Source: Bdellovibrionales bacterium (GTDB taxonomy: Bacteria > Bdellovibrionota > Bdellovibrionia > Bdellovibrionales > UBA1609). Taken from it: 64,000 bases of DNA. A program made the position numbers and the translations under genes. The notes beneath the pieces are model-generated. The model made no database searches. It saw nothing but the letters and a program-made list of their open reading frames with translations, and was not told the origin of the DNA. This document shows positions 20,820-30,536 of this stretch, piece after piece. The DNA is taken from positions 1,283,548 through 1,347,547 of the forward strand of contig OZ220490.1 in NCBI GenBank assembly GCA_965116175.1, given 5' to 3'. The first letter of the stretch is position 1. Each line of letters opens with the position of its first letter.

Positions 20820-21020
20820 ATGGCTCCATCTTTCTGGCAAATTCTTATTGTAGTGGCACTCCTTCTTATCCTTTTTGGCCCAAAAAGGATACCAGGCTTA
20901 GGTAAATCCCTTGGAGAAGCCATTAGAGGTTTTAGAAAAGGCATTAAAGAGAATGATAAGGCTAATGATGATTCTGTAAAAGAAGAACCCACTGAATCTT
21001 CTGATCAGGATAAAGCTTAA
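20820..21020 (+). CDS. tatA: twin-arginine translocase subunit TatA/E
   Basis: Contains WQILIVVALLLILFGPKRIPGLGKSLGEAIRGFRKG. Confidence 0.9.
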   Translation: MAPSFWQILIVVALLLILFGPKRIPGLGKSLGEAIRGFRKGIKENDKANDDSVKEEPTESSDQDKA

Positions 21021-21055
21021 TTTCTCCTAAATGTTGTTTTTGCCAACTTTCCCTG

Positions 21056-21090
21056 AAATGAGATATTCTCTCATTTTATGTTCTTTTTTA
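21056..21090 (+). terminator. weak intrinsic terminator candidate after tatA
   Basis: Stem aaatgaga / tctcattt with loop tattc, followed by a T-rich tail (tatgttctttttt). Confidence 0.35.
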
Positions 21091-21164
21091 TATGGATTAA
21101 GAGTTTTTACTGATTTTGTTAAAGTTCAGGGTTTATCTATTCTTAAAAAAATTTTGAAATCCGA

Positions 21165-21953
21165 TCATCTATGCGGATCAAAGTAATCTCTTAAAGCTTC
21201 TCCTAGGTAATTTAAACTTAATAGAAAAAGAAATAAAACAAGTCCGGGGAAAAAGACTATATGGGGAGCAGAAAAAATATAAGTCCTCCCCATACCAAGA
21301 AGGCCGCCCCAGGAAGGGTTCTCCAAACTGGCTCCAAGCCCCAAAAAGCTAAGCCCTGACTCAGCAATTAAAACACCAGCAGATTGAAAAATACTGTGAA
21401 CAGCCATCAAGCCAAAAAGGTTTGGCCAAATATGCCTGTAAATCAGAAAAAAAGAGCTGGCTCCGGCGCTCTTAGCCTGAAGGACATACTCTTTTTTTCT
21501 TAAGTGTTTTATTTCTCCTCTTGCAAGACGAGCAAAGCCCGCCCAGGTAGAAAAGCTCAAGGCAAAAATAAGATGTGAAAGAGAGCCTCCCAACATGGCA
21601 ATTAAGGCCAGAGCCATAAGAAATTTTGGAAAAGCCAAAACCAAATCCACTAAAGCCATGATAACAATTTCTGCCCAGCCTCTAAAATGAGCAGCCACTG
21701 TTCCCATAACCAAACCAATTATAAAACTTAAACCCACTACACTAAAAGTGACAGCTAAACTTATTCGTGATCCATAAATGACTTGCGTAAAGAGGTCTTT
21801 CCCATTTTCATCCAAGCCAAAGATATGAGGCCAAGAAGAGCCTGTAAAACTTTTTGAAAGATCAATAGCATAAGGATCATAAGTAAAAATAAAAGGGCAC
21901 AAAACGGCCATCACAACAATGAAAACAAGAAAAAAAATAGAAAAATATTTCAT
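21165..21953 (-). CDS. ABC transporter permease (DppC/OppC-like)
   Basis: 262 aa, multi-TM. EAA-loop region QAKSAGASSFFLIYRHIWPN. Confidence 0.85.
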   Translation of the reverse strand: MKYFSIFFLVFIVVMAVLCPFIFTYDPYAIDLSKSFTGSSWPHIFGLDENGKDLFTQVIYGSRISLAVTFSVVGLSFIIGLVMGTVAAHFRGWAEIVIMALVDLVLAFPKFLMALALIAMLGGSLSHLIFALSFSTWAGFARLARGEIKHLRKKEYVLQAKSAGASSFFLIYRHIWPNLFGLMAVHSIFQSAGVLIAESGLSFLGLGASLENPSWGGLLGMGRTYIFSAPHIVFFPGLVLFLFLLSLNYLGEALRDYFDPHR

Positions 21954-21954
21954 T

Positions 21955-22872
21955 TTAAGATGATCTCATAAGAGGATGCACAACAGTGTAAAGCCAGTCT
22001 GTCCAGCGATTGATAAAAATATAAGTAAGAGCGATAAATAAAACCAAGCCCTGAACAAGAGGGTAATCTCTACTCACAATGGATATATAAAGCAAACTGC
22101 CAATACCCGGACGGTCAAAAATAGTCTCCACAATCACTGTCCCAGTGAGTAGAGCCCCTAACTGTAAACCTAAAACAGTGATAATGGGAACCAAGGCATT
22201 TCTCAAAACATGATAAAAATAAACCTGTGAAAAAGACAAACCCTTGCTTCTGGCTGTGCGAACAAAATCTGAAGACAAAACTTCCAAAATAGAAGCTCTT
22301 GTAACCTTCATTAGCACTGCCCCTAAAGGCAAGGCCAAACTAAGAGCTGGCAAAAACAAATAAGAAAAAGAACCTGCCCCGCTTACAGGAAACAAAGAGA
22401 GTTTGACAGCAAAAAACCATATTAAAACAGGCGCCGAAACAAAAACAGGGATAGAAAAAAAGACAAGAGGAAAAAGATCAAAAAGTTTTTCAAATCTTCT
22501 AAAAAAAGGATGAGCAGATAAAATACCAAAAGGAATCCCCCATAACAAAGCCATGAATAGGGAGAGAAGACTTAAAAAAAATGTAAAAGGGAACTGCCGG
22601 CCAATAGACTGAATCACAGATTCCCCTGTATGAACAGATTTTCCTAAATCTAAATGAGTTAAATTCCAAATAAAATGAAAATACTGTTCAATAAAAGGTC
22701 TGTCCAAACCCATTTCCCGCCTAAGCAGATTTTTATCCTCTAAACTAGCTCCATCTTTTAAAATAAAATCTACAGGGTCACCAGGGATAAGAAATAAGAG
22801 AAGAAATGTGAAAGAGACAATAGAAAAAACAACCAGAATATTGGATAAGGTTTTTTTTGAAAAAGCTTTCAT
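21955..22872 (-). CDS. ABC transporter permease (DppB/OppB-like)
   Basis: 305 aa, multi-TM. Contains FVRTARSKGLSFSQVYFYHVLRNALVPIIT. Confidence 0.85.
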   Translation of the reverse strand: MKAFSKKTLSNILVVFSIVSFTFLLLFLIPGDPVDFILKDGASLEDKNLLRREMGLDRPFIEQYFHFIWNLTHLDLGKSVHTGESVIQSIGRQFPFTFFLSLLSLFMALLWGIPFGILSAHPFFRRFEKLFDLFPLVFFSIPVFVSAPVLIWFFAVKLSLFPVSGAGSFSYLFLPALSLALPLGAVLMKVTRASILEVLSSDFVRTARSKGLSFSQVYFYHVLRNALVPIITVLGLQLGALLTGTVIVETIFDRPGIGSLLYISIVSRDYPLVQGLVLFIALTYIFINRWTDWLYTVVHPLMRSS

Positions 22873-22973
22873 CTCTTTTTATTTTATATTCTTAATTTTT
22901 ACACGAATTGATTTACATATAAAGCAGAAAATACAATGATCCTATTTAAAAATAGAAATAAGACAACAAAAAA

Positions 22974-25433
22974 TTAAGAAGCCCCTATAGAACGACTTTC
23001 TTTTTTGATAAGAGGAATCCTTTTTGGCCAGGTTTCATGCAAGGTCTTAAAAATTTTATCTGCTGAATCAATCTCCAAAGCTTCCATCAAAACTTTATCC
23101 ACCTGTTCCACAGGAAGAATTTTAACATCCTTCAAAACTTTTTTAGGAATATCTTTTAAATCCTTTTCATTTTCTTTAGGAATAATCACTGTTTTAATTT
23201 GTGCACGGTGAGCAGCAAGAACTTTTTCTTTTAAGCCTCCAATAGGCAATACTCTTCCTCTTAAGGTAATTTCTCCTGTCATGGCTACGGTATTTTTTAC
23301 AGGAACACGCAAAATAGCAGACATTAAACTGGTAACAATAGCTATACCAGCAGAAGGTCCATCCTTAGGAATAGCCCCTTCCGGCACATGGATATGAAAA
23401 TCATGATCTTTAAAATATTTACTATCCAAATTAAAAAAAGAGGATAAAGATCGGACAAAGCTCAAAGAGGCTGAACAGGATTCCTTCATAACATCCCCCA
23501 GTTGACCTGTAAGATGATATTTCCCTGTTCCAGGAACAACAAGAGTCTCCACCGCAAGGGTGTCTCCCCCCGTCTCTGTCCATGCCAACCCTGTAGCCAA
23601 ACCAACCATGCTGGCACTTTCCAACTCAGTGAAACGAAATTTTCTTGGACCAAGCAATTTTTCCAATTCTTTTCTGGAAGTGAGTTTGATTTCTTTTTTC
23701 TTACTTGATTTTCCTTTTTTCTCGGTTTTATTTGAATCTTTTTCTCCCTTAATTACAATCTCTTTTGCAAACTTACGAAAGATACTGGCTAAAGTTCTCT
23801 CAAGCTGTCTGACACCAGCTTCTTTTGTGTAATAAGCAATAATCTCTTTTAAAATGTAATCAGGCATTTCCAATTTGTAACCAGAAAGACCATGTCTTTC
23901 CATCTGACGGGGGATAAGATGCCTTTTGGCAATATTGATTTTTTCCTCTTCTATATATCCCTCAATAGAAATGGCTTCCATTCTATCCAATAAAGGGCCT
24001 TTTAAAGAATGAACAGAATTGGCCGTGCAAATAAACAGGACAGGAGATAAATCATAATCCACTTCCAAATAATGATCCTGAAAGGTATGATTTTGTTCAG
24101 GGTCTAAAATTTCAAGCAAAGCTGAGGAAGGATCACCTCTAAAAGAACCCATACCCATTTTATCCACCTCATCTAAAAGGATAACAGGATTCCCTTTCTT
24201 GACTTTTTTTAAAGCCTGGATGATTTTACCAGGCATAGAGCCTACATAAGTTTTTCTATGCCCTCTTAACTCCGCTTCATCCTGAACACCACCAAGAGAA
24301 ATACGGGTAAATGAACGGTTAAGGCATCTGGCAATGGATTGAGCCAAAGAGGTTTTCCCGACTCCAGGAGGCCCAACAAAACAAATGACAGGGCTTTTCA
24401 CATTTTGACTTAAACGGCGAACAGCCAAAAATTCGGTGATTCTCTCTTTGACTTTTTTTAAACCCCAGTGATCAGCATCCAGTATTTCCTGAGCTTTACT
24501 AATGCTGTTTTTTTCCTGAGAAAAATCAGCCCAAGGCAAATCCAAAAGCCAATCCACATAATTTCTTACAACAGTGGCTTCAGCGCTCATAGGAGACATC
24601 ATTTTTAACTTTTGTATTTCTTTTTTAAATCTCTCATTAACCGTATTGTTCCATTTCTTTTTGACCCCTCTCTCTTCCAGATTTTTAACCTCATTTTGAA
24701 AGTCATCCTTATCTCCTAATTCTTTTTGAATAGCCTGCAGCTGTTCATTAAGATAATATTCCTTTTGAGATTTTTCCATTTGCTCTTTAACTCTTGTGCG
24801 AATCTTTTTCTCCACTTTAAGAATTTGTATCTCTCTGGTGATAAGTTTTAAAACCTCCTTTAATCTTTGAATCGGCTCTATAATTTCCAAAATTTTTTGT
24901 TTATCCTCAAAACGCAAATTAAGATAAGCAGCAATGGTATCCGCCAACTCCCCACAATTATCAATAGTGGAGATTTTAGCCATAGCCTCTGAGGGAATAT
25001 GTTTGTTAAGCTTCACATAGTTTTCCACTGAAGTATAAACTGTTCTAAGAAGAGCCTCTGCCTCCATAACATTAGGCGCCTTTTCAATCAAAGGTTCAAC
25101 TTCTACTGTAAGGTAATTTTTTAAATCAATATATTTTTTTATGCGGACACGCTGTTTACCTTCCAAAATGGTTTTTACAGTGCCATCAGGAATTCTCAGG
25201 TGTTGGATTATAGAAGCCAAAGTGCCAATTTCATAAATCTGATCAGGAGAAGGATCATTGATTTTTGCTTTTTTTTGTGAAGCTAAAACAATATCCGTCT
25301 TGTTGGAAATGGTTTGCTCCAAAGCATTTATGCTTTTTTCTCTTCCGACAAAAACAGGGATCATCATATAAGGGAAAATAACCATATCGCGAAGAGGCAA
25401 AAGCGGCAATGTTAAGTGAGAAGATTTATTCAT
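22974..25433 (-). CDS. lon: ATP-dependent Lon protease
   Basis: 819 aa. Walker [10 protein letters not shown] and catalytic serine context [10 protein letters not shown]. Confidence 0.95.
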   Translation of the reverse strand: MNKSSHLTLPLLPLRDMVIFPYMMIPVFVGREKSINALEQTISNKTDIVLASQKKAKINDPSPDQIYEIGTLASIIQHLRIPDGTVKTILEGKQRVRIKKYIDLKNYLTVEVEPLIEKAPNVMEAEALLRTVYTSVENYVKLNKHIPSEAMAKISTIDNCGELADTIAAYLNLRFEDKQKILEIIEPIQRLKEVLKLITREIQILKVEKKIRTRVKEQMEKSQKEYYLNEQLQAIQKELGDKDDFQNEVKNLEERGVKKKWNNTVNERFKKEIQKLKMMSPMSAEATVVRNYVDWLLDLPWADFSQEKNSISKAQEILDADHWGLKKVKERITEFLAVRRLSQNVKSPVICFVGPPGVGKTSLAQSIARCLNRSFTRISLGGVQDEAELRGHRKTYVGSMPGKIIQALKKVKKGNPVILLDEVDKMGMGSFRGDPSSALLEILDPEQNHTFQDHYLEVDYDLSPVLFICTANSVHSLKGPLLDRMEAISIEGYIEEEKINIAKRHLIPRQMERHGLSGYKLEMPDYILKEIIAYYTKEAGVRQLERTLASIFRKFAKEIVIKGEKDSNKTEKKGKSSKKKEIKLTSRKELEKLLGPRKFRFTELESASMVGLATGLAWTETGGDTLAVETLVVPGTGKYHLTGQLGDVMKESCSASLSFVRSLSSFFNLDSKYFKDHDFHIHVPEGAIPKDGPSAGIAIVTSLMSAILRVPVKNTVAMTGEITLRGRVLPIGGLKEKVLAAHRAQIKTVIIPKENEKDLKDIPKKVLKDVKILPVEQVDKVLMEALEIDSADKIFKTLHETWPKRIPLIKKESRSIGAS

Positions 25434-25561
25434 TTGTCATTCACTCTACTCTATTTACTGGAGAAGGTCAAAATATACCAGCATTGTTTATGAACAGAGA
25501 TTTGCTCATTGAAAATTTTAAGATAAGACAAAACTATAGAAAGAATAAAAATGATTTAAGT

Positions 25562-26824
25562 CTATGCGCTGGCTTTTTGAGACTTTGAACTTGATTTTTT
25601 CTTGGTTTTATAAACAAATTTTGGACTTCCTGTTTTTTTAATAACCTCTTCTGTAATTAAACAGGACTTTATATCATCATTTGAAGGCACTTCATACTGA
25701 ATGTCAAGCATACTGTCCTCCAAAACTTTTCTCAGCCCTCTGGCCCCTGTTTTATTCATAAGGGCCATTTCAGCTATAGCTTCAATAGCCGATTGTTCAA
25801 ACTCCAACTCCACACCATTATAACTAAAAAGCTTTTGATACTGTTTAACAAGAGCATTTTTTGGCTCTTGTAAAATTCTGATAAGAGCTTCTTTATCAAG
25901 AGAATCCAAAATGGATACACCCGGAAGCCGGCCAATAAACTCAGGAATCAAACCGTACTGAACAAGATCAGATGGTTCTAATCGGGAAAGAATTTCTGAT
26001 CGGCTGATTTTATCCGGAGTTTCCACCTTAGCTGAAAAACCAAGAGAACGGCTGGAAATGCGGTTCTGGACTATCTTTTCCAAACCCACAAAAGCCCCTC
26101 CCACAATAAACAAAATGTCCGCTGTGTTGATCTGTATAAACTCTTGCTGAGGATGTTTTCTTCCCCCTTTTGGAGGCACATTGGCCACTGTTCCTTCCAG
26201 AATTTTTAAAAGAGCCTGTTGAACACCTTCACCACTAACATCACGAGTAATAGATACATTTTCCCCTTTGCGGGTGATTTTATCAATTTCATCAATATAA
26301 ATAACTCCCTTTTCCGCTTTTTTAACATCATAATCAGCGGCCTGAAGTAAACTTAAAACCACATTCTCTACATCCTCTCCAACATAACCTGCCTCTGTAA
26401 GAGTTGTTGCATCCGCCACAGCAAAAGGGACATTTAAAATACGGGCTATAGTCTGTGCCAACAGAGTTTTACCTGAACCTGTAGGGCCAATAAGCAACAA
26501 GTTGCTTTTGTCAACCTCCACACCGTCCTTTTTGGACTGATCCATCATATTGATTCTTTTGTAATGATTGTGAACAGCAACGGCTATAGATTTTTTGGCT
26601 CTGCCCTGGCCTATAATGTATTCATCCAAACGGGCTTTAATTTCTGCAGGCGGGGATACTTTAAGTTTTTTTCTTGAAGAAACAGCATCCTTCTTTTCTT
26701 CATCATGAAGAATTTCATTACATAATTCAATGCACTCATTACAAATATAGACCTGAGGCCCTGAAATAAGCTTTGAAACATCTTTTTGATTTTTTCCGCA
26801 AAAGTTGCAATTATTTACTGCCAT
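25562..26824 (-). CDS. clpX: ATP-dependent Clp protease ATP-binding subunit ClpX
   Basis: C4 zinc finger CNFCGK...CNEC, plus GPTGSGKT. Confidence 0.95.
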   Translation of the reverse strand: MAVNNCNFCGKNQKDVSKLISGPQVYICNECIELCNEILHDEEKKDAVSSRKKLKVSPPAEIKARLDEYIIGQGRAKKSIAVAVHNHYKRINMMDQSKKDGVEVDKSNLLLIGPTGSGKTLLAQTIARILNVPFAVADATTLTEAGYVGEDVENVVLSLLQAADYDVKKAEKGVIYIDEIDKITRKGENVSITRDVSGEGVQQALLKILEGTVANVPPKGGRKHPQQEFIQINTADILFIVGGAFVGLEKIVQNRISSRSLGFSAKVETPDKISRSEILSRLEPSDLVQYGLIPEFIGRLPGVSILDSLDKEALIRILQEPKNALVKQYQKLFSYNGVELEFEQSAIEAIAEMALMNKTGARGLRKVLEDSMLDIQYEVPSNDDIKSCLITEEVIKKTGSPKFVYKTKKKSSSKSQKASA

Positions 26825-26907
26825 AATAAAACACCAAGTTTCCTAACACACAAATGATTATTATATAATTTTTTTCATAAATCAAAAGGAATAAATCTGC
26901 TTAAATT

Positions 26908-27549
26908 TTACCCATTTTTATCATCTGTCTTATTTTTTCTGTTTTCCACAATATGATCTATAAGACCTAGTTCTTTTGCTTCCTCAGCTCCCATATAGCG
27001 ATCCCTGTCCATCATCTTTGTAAGTTTTTCTACATTGTGACCTGTGTGCTTCGCATAAATGTTTGTAAGCTGTTTTTTTGTATAAGACATTTCCTTTGCA
27101 TGAATTTCAATATCACTCACCTGCCCTGAAATTCCCGAGCCTGCAATAAGAGGCTGATGAACCATCGTTCTAGCATTAGGGAGAATATATCTCTTGTTTT
27201 TAGCTCCTGCACAGAGAAGCATAGATCCCATACTTGCTGCCAAGCCTATACAATAAGTGGCTACATCACAACGAACAAATTGCATAATATCATAAATGGC
27301 AAGACCTGCATGAACACTGCCCCCAGGGGAGTTGATATAAAGATTTATATCCTGAGAGGCATCCTGCATTTCTAAAAAAAACATTTGGGCAATAACACTG
27401 TTGGCAATATTGTCATCAATACCTGTGCCTAACATAATAATTCTGTCTTTTAAAAGACGGGAATAAATGTCGTAGCTTCTCTCCCCTTTTGGGGTTTGCT
27501 CAATAACTATAGGGACTAAAGACAAAACAAGCTCCTGCTCTTCAAACAT
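26908..27549 (-). CDS. clpP: ATP-dependent Clp protease proteolytic subunit
   Basis: Contains [30 protein letters not shown] (Ser) and MVHQP (His). The ATG at 27549 (MFEEQ) gives a canonical N-terminus. The track start at 27609 (GTG) would add 20 aa. Confidence 0.9.
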   Translation of the reverse strand: MFEEQELVLSLVPIVIEQTPKGERSYDIYSRLLKDRIIMLGTGIDDNIANSVIAQMFFLEMQDASQDINLYINSPGGSVHAGLAIYDIMQFVRCDVATYCIGLAASMGSMLLCAGAKNKRYILPNARTMVHQPLIAGSGISGQVSDIEIHAKEMSYTKKQLTNIYAKHTGHNVEKLTKMMDRDRYMGAEEAKELGLIDHIVENRKNKTDDKNG

Positions 27550-27554
27550 GAGTT

Positions 27555-27696
27555 TTAAAACATTGATTCTATCTGTTTTTTCAGCTTTTTTTAGGAACAA
27601 CGCTGACACACAATTCCAAAAAATCCCAGACTTTTTTAAGACAAAATCAATATAACAGCTTGTCGGCTTTTTTGGATTGAACTTAAATTTTTTTAT
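27555..27696. repeat. direct repeat copy 1 (clpP 5' and upstream region)
   Basis: 27571-27658 is identical over 88 bp to 30092-30179. Flanking similarity with a few mismatches extends the repeat to about 142 bp. Confidence 0.9.
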
Positions 27697-28017
27697 ATAA
27701 CTGAAAACAAGCTTTTATTTCTGTCTGTTTTTTACCTGTTAACTGAAGTCTTTTACAGAATAAAAAGAAACTATTATCTGGTCTTAAGAAGTTTTATAAG
27801 CCTTTTGCTAGATTTCTTTTTTGAAATATCAAAAGGAGTCTCACTTTTATTGTTTTTAACGGCAATATTTGCTCTCTTTTAATGAAGATGTTTGCGCGCC
27901 TCATTATGCTTGAAATTCTCAAGTGATAGATAGCGCAGTCAAAGAGTTAAATTTGAATGTAATCCCGTATGAAACATTTGATTGATCATTGAAATAGAAC
28001 TTGCATTACATTTCAGT

Positions 28018-29736
28018 TTATTTTTTCTCTTTATTTTTTAAATAGTTTTTAAGCAGTTCATTAATTGAAATTTCAGGTAATTTTGACTTTTGTCTCACTC
28101 TCCAATCTCTTCTTCTTTCCCCTTTTTCCATAAAACCGTTTTTTTCCCATTGTTGAAACAGCTTTGATAATTGCACTATTTCTGATTGACTGTTAGATAA
28201 ACCAAAAAGTTGTCTTGCCTCTTTGTTTGTTATATAACCGTCCCGATTTTCTCGATATGCATGATTTTGTAATATTTCTTTAAATTTATTTTCTTCTGCT
28301 TTTGAAAATACTTTTGACTCCTGACCTTCTAGTTGAACTTTTACCCATCGCTTTAAAAGAATTTTTGCTACTGGTTTTTTCTTGTTTTTTTGCGGGTATT
28401 CAGTTGTTAATAAGAAAGGGGAATCATTATTTGAAAGAATCTCACTAATAAGTTTTTTGTGATACTCATCTATGCAGCTAAAAATTTCTTCCAGAGTTTT
28501 ATCTCTCCACAATACCAAAGCCGCTGAAATTTTGTATTTATCTGTATTGCTTTCATATAGTCTTTTAAACTTTTTAAGGAGCTTTAAAAAATTTTTATTT
28601 GGTTCTTCGTTATATATAGTTACTGACCATATACCATAATTATCTGAGACTTTTTGATATTCAAAGAGAGGTTCTCTTCTTCCACTTTCAATCATATATT
28701 TAAAAATTTTATTTTTTCCTGTTCCAAATTCATCAGAGAACTTAGCTTTCCTTAAAACTTTCATTAAGAAAGGATTATAAGAAAAATGAACTTGAGAGAA
28801 TTTTTTATTGATAAAAGCTGTAGCTTTGGCTGAACAGTAATTTGAAATCTTAATTCTGTTTCTATACAATTCTACTGTTGCTTCTCTTTCTCTTTTTTCA
28901 AAAGCAGAATGGGCAACAGCATTAACAAGCACTTCTCTTAAAACAGAATCAGGATATGGTTTTTCTTCTGTAATAGACAAAGAACCGGGTCTTAAACTGA
29001 TTCCTTTAGTTCTTGTCCATGACTGAATATGTTGGATAAAGTCTTCTTTTAGTAAAGAGTATAGACCTTTTTTCTCATCTTGATCTGTAAGTTCAGATTT
29101 CTGATTATAATGCGCAACTCTAAAAGAAAAATCTCCAAATAAAATTCCTGAAACATTTTTATCTTTTATATTCAGTTTAGACAAAACATTGTCTGCTGAT
29201 AATTTCACCCAATCTTCACTGCCATTTTTTAAGAATTTTGCAAAATCTAAAACTAAAGAAGAAGTAACTTTACCTTTGTAATTAAGACTTGAAAAATCAA
29301 AGCCAGGGCGGTTTAATTCCAATTCTTGTTGTTCTCCTAGAGTCATCTCTTCTGTTCTTGATCCTACTCTTTTATAAAATTTTCCATTCCAAGAAACTAC
29401 TGCTTTGGGGTTTATGATTTCAATAAGTATAAATTTTTTGTTATTTACATTTTCAACAGAAATAGATTGCACTGTGGAATTAGGTTCAAGATATTGACTG
29501 ATATGATTTTCTATATAAGCTTCTTGTTTTTTTACCCAATCTGAGGATTTATCCAATAAAAGACCTTTATCATCAGTACCGATAATCAACCATCCACCAT
29601 CTTCTTCATTGCCAATAGCAGAGATGCTTTTCCCATGATTTTGATGCCATTTGGACTTGAACTCCACATTTGTGTTTTCAGTTAATTGCTGAGAAGATAA
29701 TTTTTCTAACAAGACTGCTTTCGTGTTGGAATTCAT
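28018..29736 (-). CDS. AlbA_2/Schlafen-like DNA-binding domain protein with HATPase_c_4-like region and C-terminal wHTH-like tail
   Basis: 572 aa. The N-terminus ENTNVEFKSKW...SISAIGNEEDGGWLIIGTDDKG matches the AlbA_2 pattern (E.K...A.aN..GG.l.iGv.d.G). The middle region VLREVLVNAVAHSAFEK...VELYRNRIKISN matches the pattern of RecG-like 'ATP-dependent DNA helicase' transcriptional regulators. Confidence 0.7.
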   Translation of the reverse strand: MNSNTKAVLLEKLSSQQLTENTNVEFKSKWHQNHGKSISAIGNEEDGGWLIIGTDDKGLLLDKSSDWVKKQEAYIENHISQYLEPNSTVQSISVENVNNKKFILIEIINPKAVVSWNGKFYKRVGSRTEEMTLGEQQELELNRPGFDFSSLNYKGKVTSSLVLDFAKFLKNGSEDWVKLSADNVLSKLNIKDKNVSGILFGDFSFRVAHYNQKSELTDQDEKKGLYSLLKEDFIQHIQSWTRTKGISLRPGSLSITEEKPYPDSVLREVLVNAVAHSAFEKREREATVELYRNRIKISNYCSAKATAFINKKFSQVHFSYNPFLMKVLRKAKFSDEFGTGKNKIFKYMIESGRREPLFEYQKVSDNYGIWSVTIYNEEPNKNFLKLLKKFKRLYESNTDKYKISAALVLWRDKTLEEIFSCIDEYHKKLISEILSNNDSPFLLTTEYPQKNKKKPVAKILLKRWVKVQLEGQESKVFSKAEENKFKEILQNHAYRENRDGYITNKEARQLFGLSNSQSEIVQLSKLFQQWEKNGFMEKGERRRDWRVRQKSKLPEISINELLKNYLKNKEKK

Positions 29737-29882
29737 TTTTTAAACTCTTAACAGTATCTATAAAACTTTTTTAAATACAAACAATCCTTATTTACAATCA
29801 GGTAGCACACAGACGACATAACCTTCAAAGCTCCTATTATATTGCTGTTTTATGCCTTTTTGTCCAAAGAATTGATAAAAAT

Positions 29883-30083
29883 AGACGACATGAGGCTTAA
29901 AATCATTGATTTTACAGGATTTTTTTAGACGGCTGGAACCATAATCAACTGTATGAAGTCAGACGACATGCAGACGACATAAGGATTAAAATCATTGATT
30001 TTACAGAACTTTTTTAGACGACTGGAGCCATAATCAGCTGTATGAAGTCAGACGACACGCAGACGACATGAGGCTTAAAATCA
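29883..30083. repeat. tandem repeat, 89-bp unit, about 2.25 copies
   Basis: Unit starts fall at 29883, 29972 and 30061 (agacgacatRagg...). Each unit boundary carries a doubled 11-mer, cagacgacaYg cagacgacatR. An extra solo agacgacata lies at 29811. Confidence 0.9.
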
Positions 30084-30217
30084 TTGATTTTATCTGTTTT
30101 TTCAGCTTTTTTTAGGAACAACGCTGACACACAATTCCAAAAAATCCCAGACTTTTTTAAGACAAAATCAATATAACAGTTTGTCGGTTTTTTTGGCTTG
30201 AACCTTAATTTTTTTGA
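30075..30217. repeat. direct repeat copy 2 (duplicate of the clpP 5' and upstream region)
   Basis: See copy 1. It ends at aaccttaattttttt (30201-30215), where the sequence switches to amidohydrolase-derived DNA. Confidence 0.9.
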
Positions 30218-30416
30218 AGAAATGGGGACAGAGGCAAAATTACAGGCTCTTAAATATGGAAATGAGTTTCCAAAAACCCAACAGATATTTAAAATGCAAA
30301 TCTTGAAGGAGCGAGGACTATGAGTTTGGAAAAAGAGATTGGCAGTATTGAAGTGGGAAAACGGGCTGATATTATTGTTTTGGATTTAAAACAAGCCTCT
30401 TTTCATCCTTTTTACA
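30216..30416 (+). pseudogene. fragment of MtaD-like amidohydrolase gene (paralogous to 44251-44473)
   Basis: Translates to EEMGTEAKLQALKYGNEF..QQIFKM..., then after a frameshift MSLEKEIGSIEVGKRADIIVLDLKQASFHPFY. The intact gene reads EEMGTGAKLQALKYGDECLTAQQIFKMASLEGARAMGLEKEIGSIEVGKRADIIALDLNHASFHPFY. Confidence 0.85.
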
Positions 30417-30523
30417 GAGTTTTTTTTGGATGGATTTTTGTCTGTCATCAAAACTTCACATCCGGATTTAGCCAATACAACTCCTAAAGATAAGCCTATA
30501 CACCCTGAACCAATAATTGTCAT
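30417..30523 (-). pseudogene. 5' fragment of the UDP-glucose dehydrogenase-family gene (paralogous to 42651-42760)
   Basis: The minus strand reads MTIIGSGCIGLSLGVVLAKSGCEVLMTDKNPSKK. The intact gene reads MKVSIIGSGRIGLSLGVVLAKSGCEVLMTDKDPSKK. Confidence 0.85.
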
Positions 30524-30536
30524 TTTACACCCTCCT

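Noticed and set aside
27700-28017. Decayed integrase or recombinase gene inside the islet
   Set aside because: I translated both strands by eye. I saw only short stop-interrupted frames with no convincing tyrosine- or serine-recombinase motifs (no R..H..R..Y context). A TBLASTN or HMM search would be needed to exclude a very decayed relic.
29811-30091. CRISPR array interpretation of the 89-bp periodic repeats
   Set aside because: The whole 89-bp unit is repeated with no unique spacers between short repeats. There are only about 2.25 copies and no cas genes.
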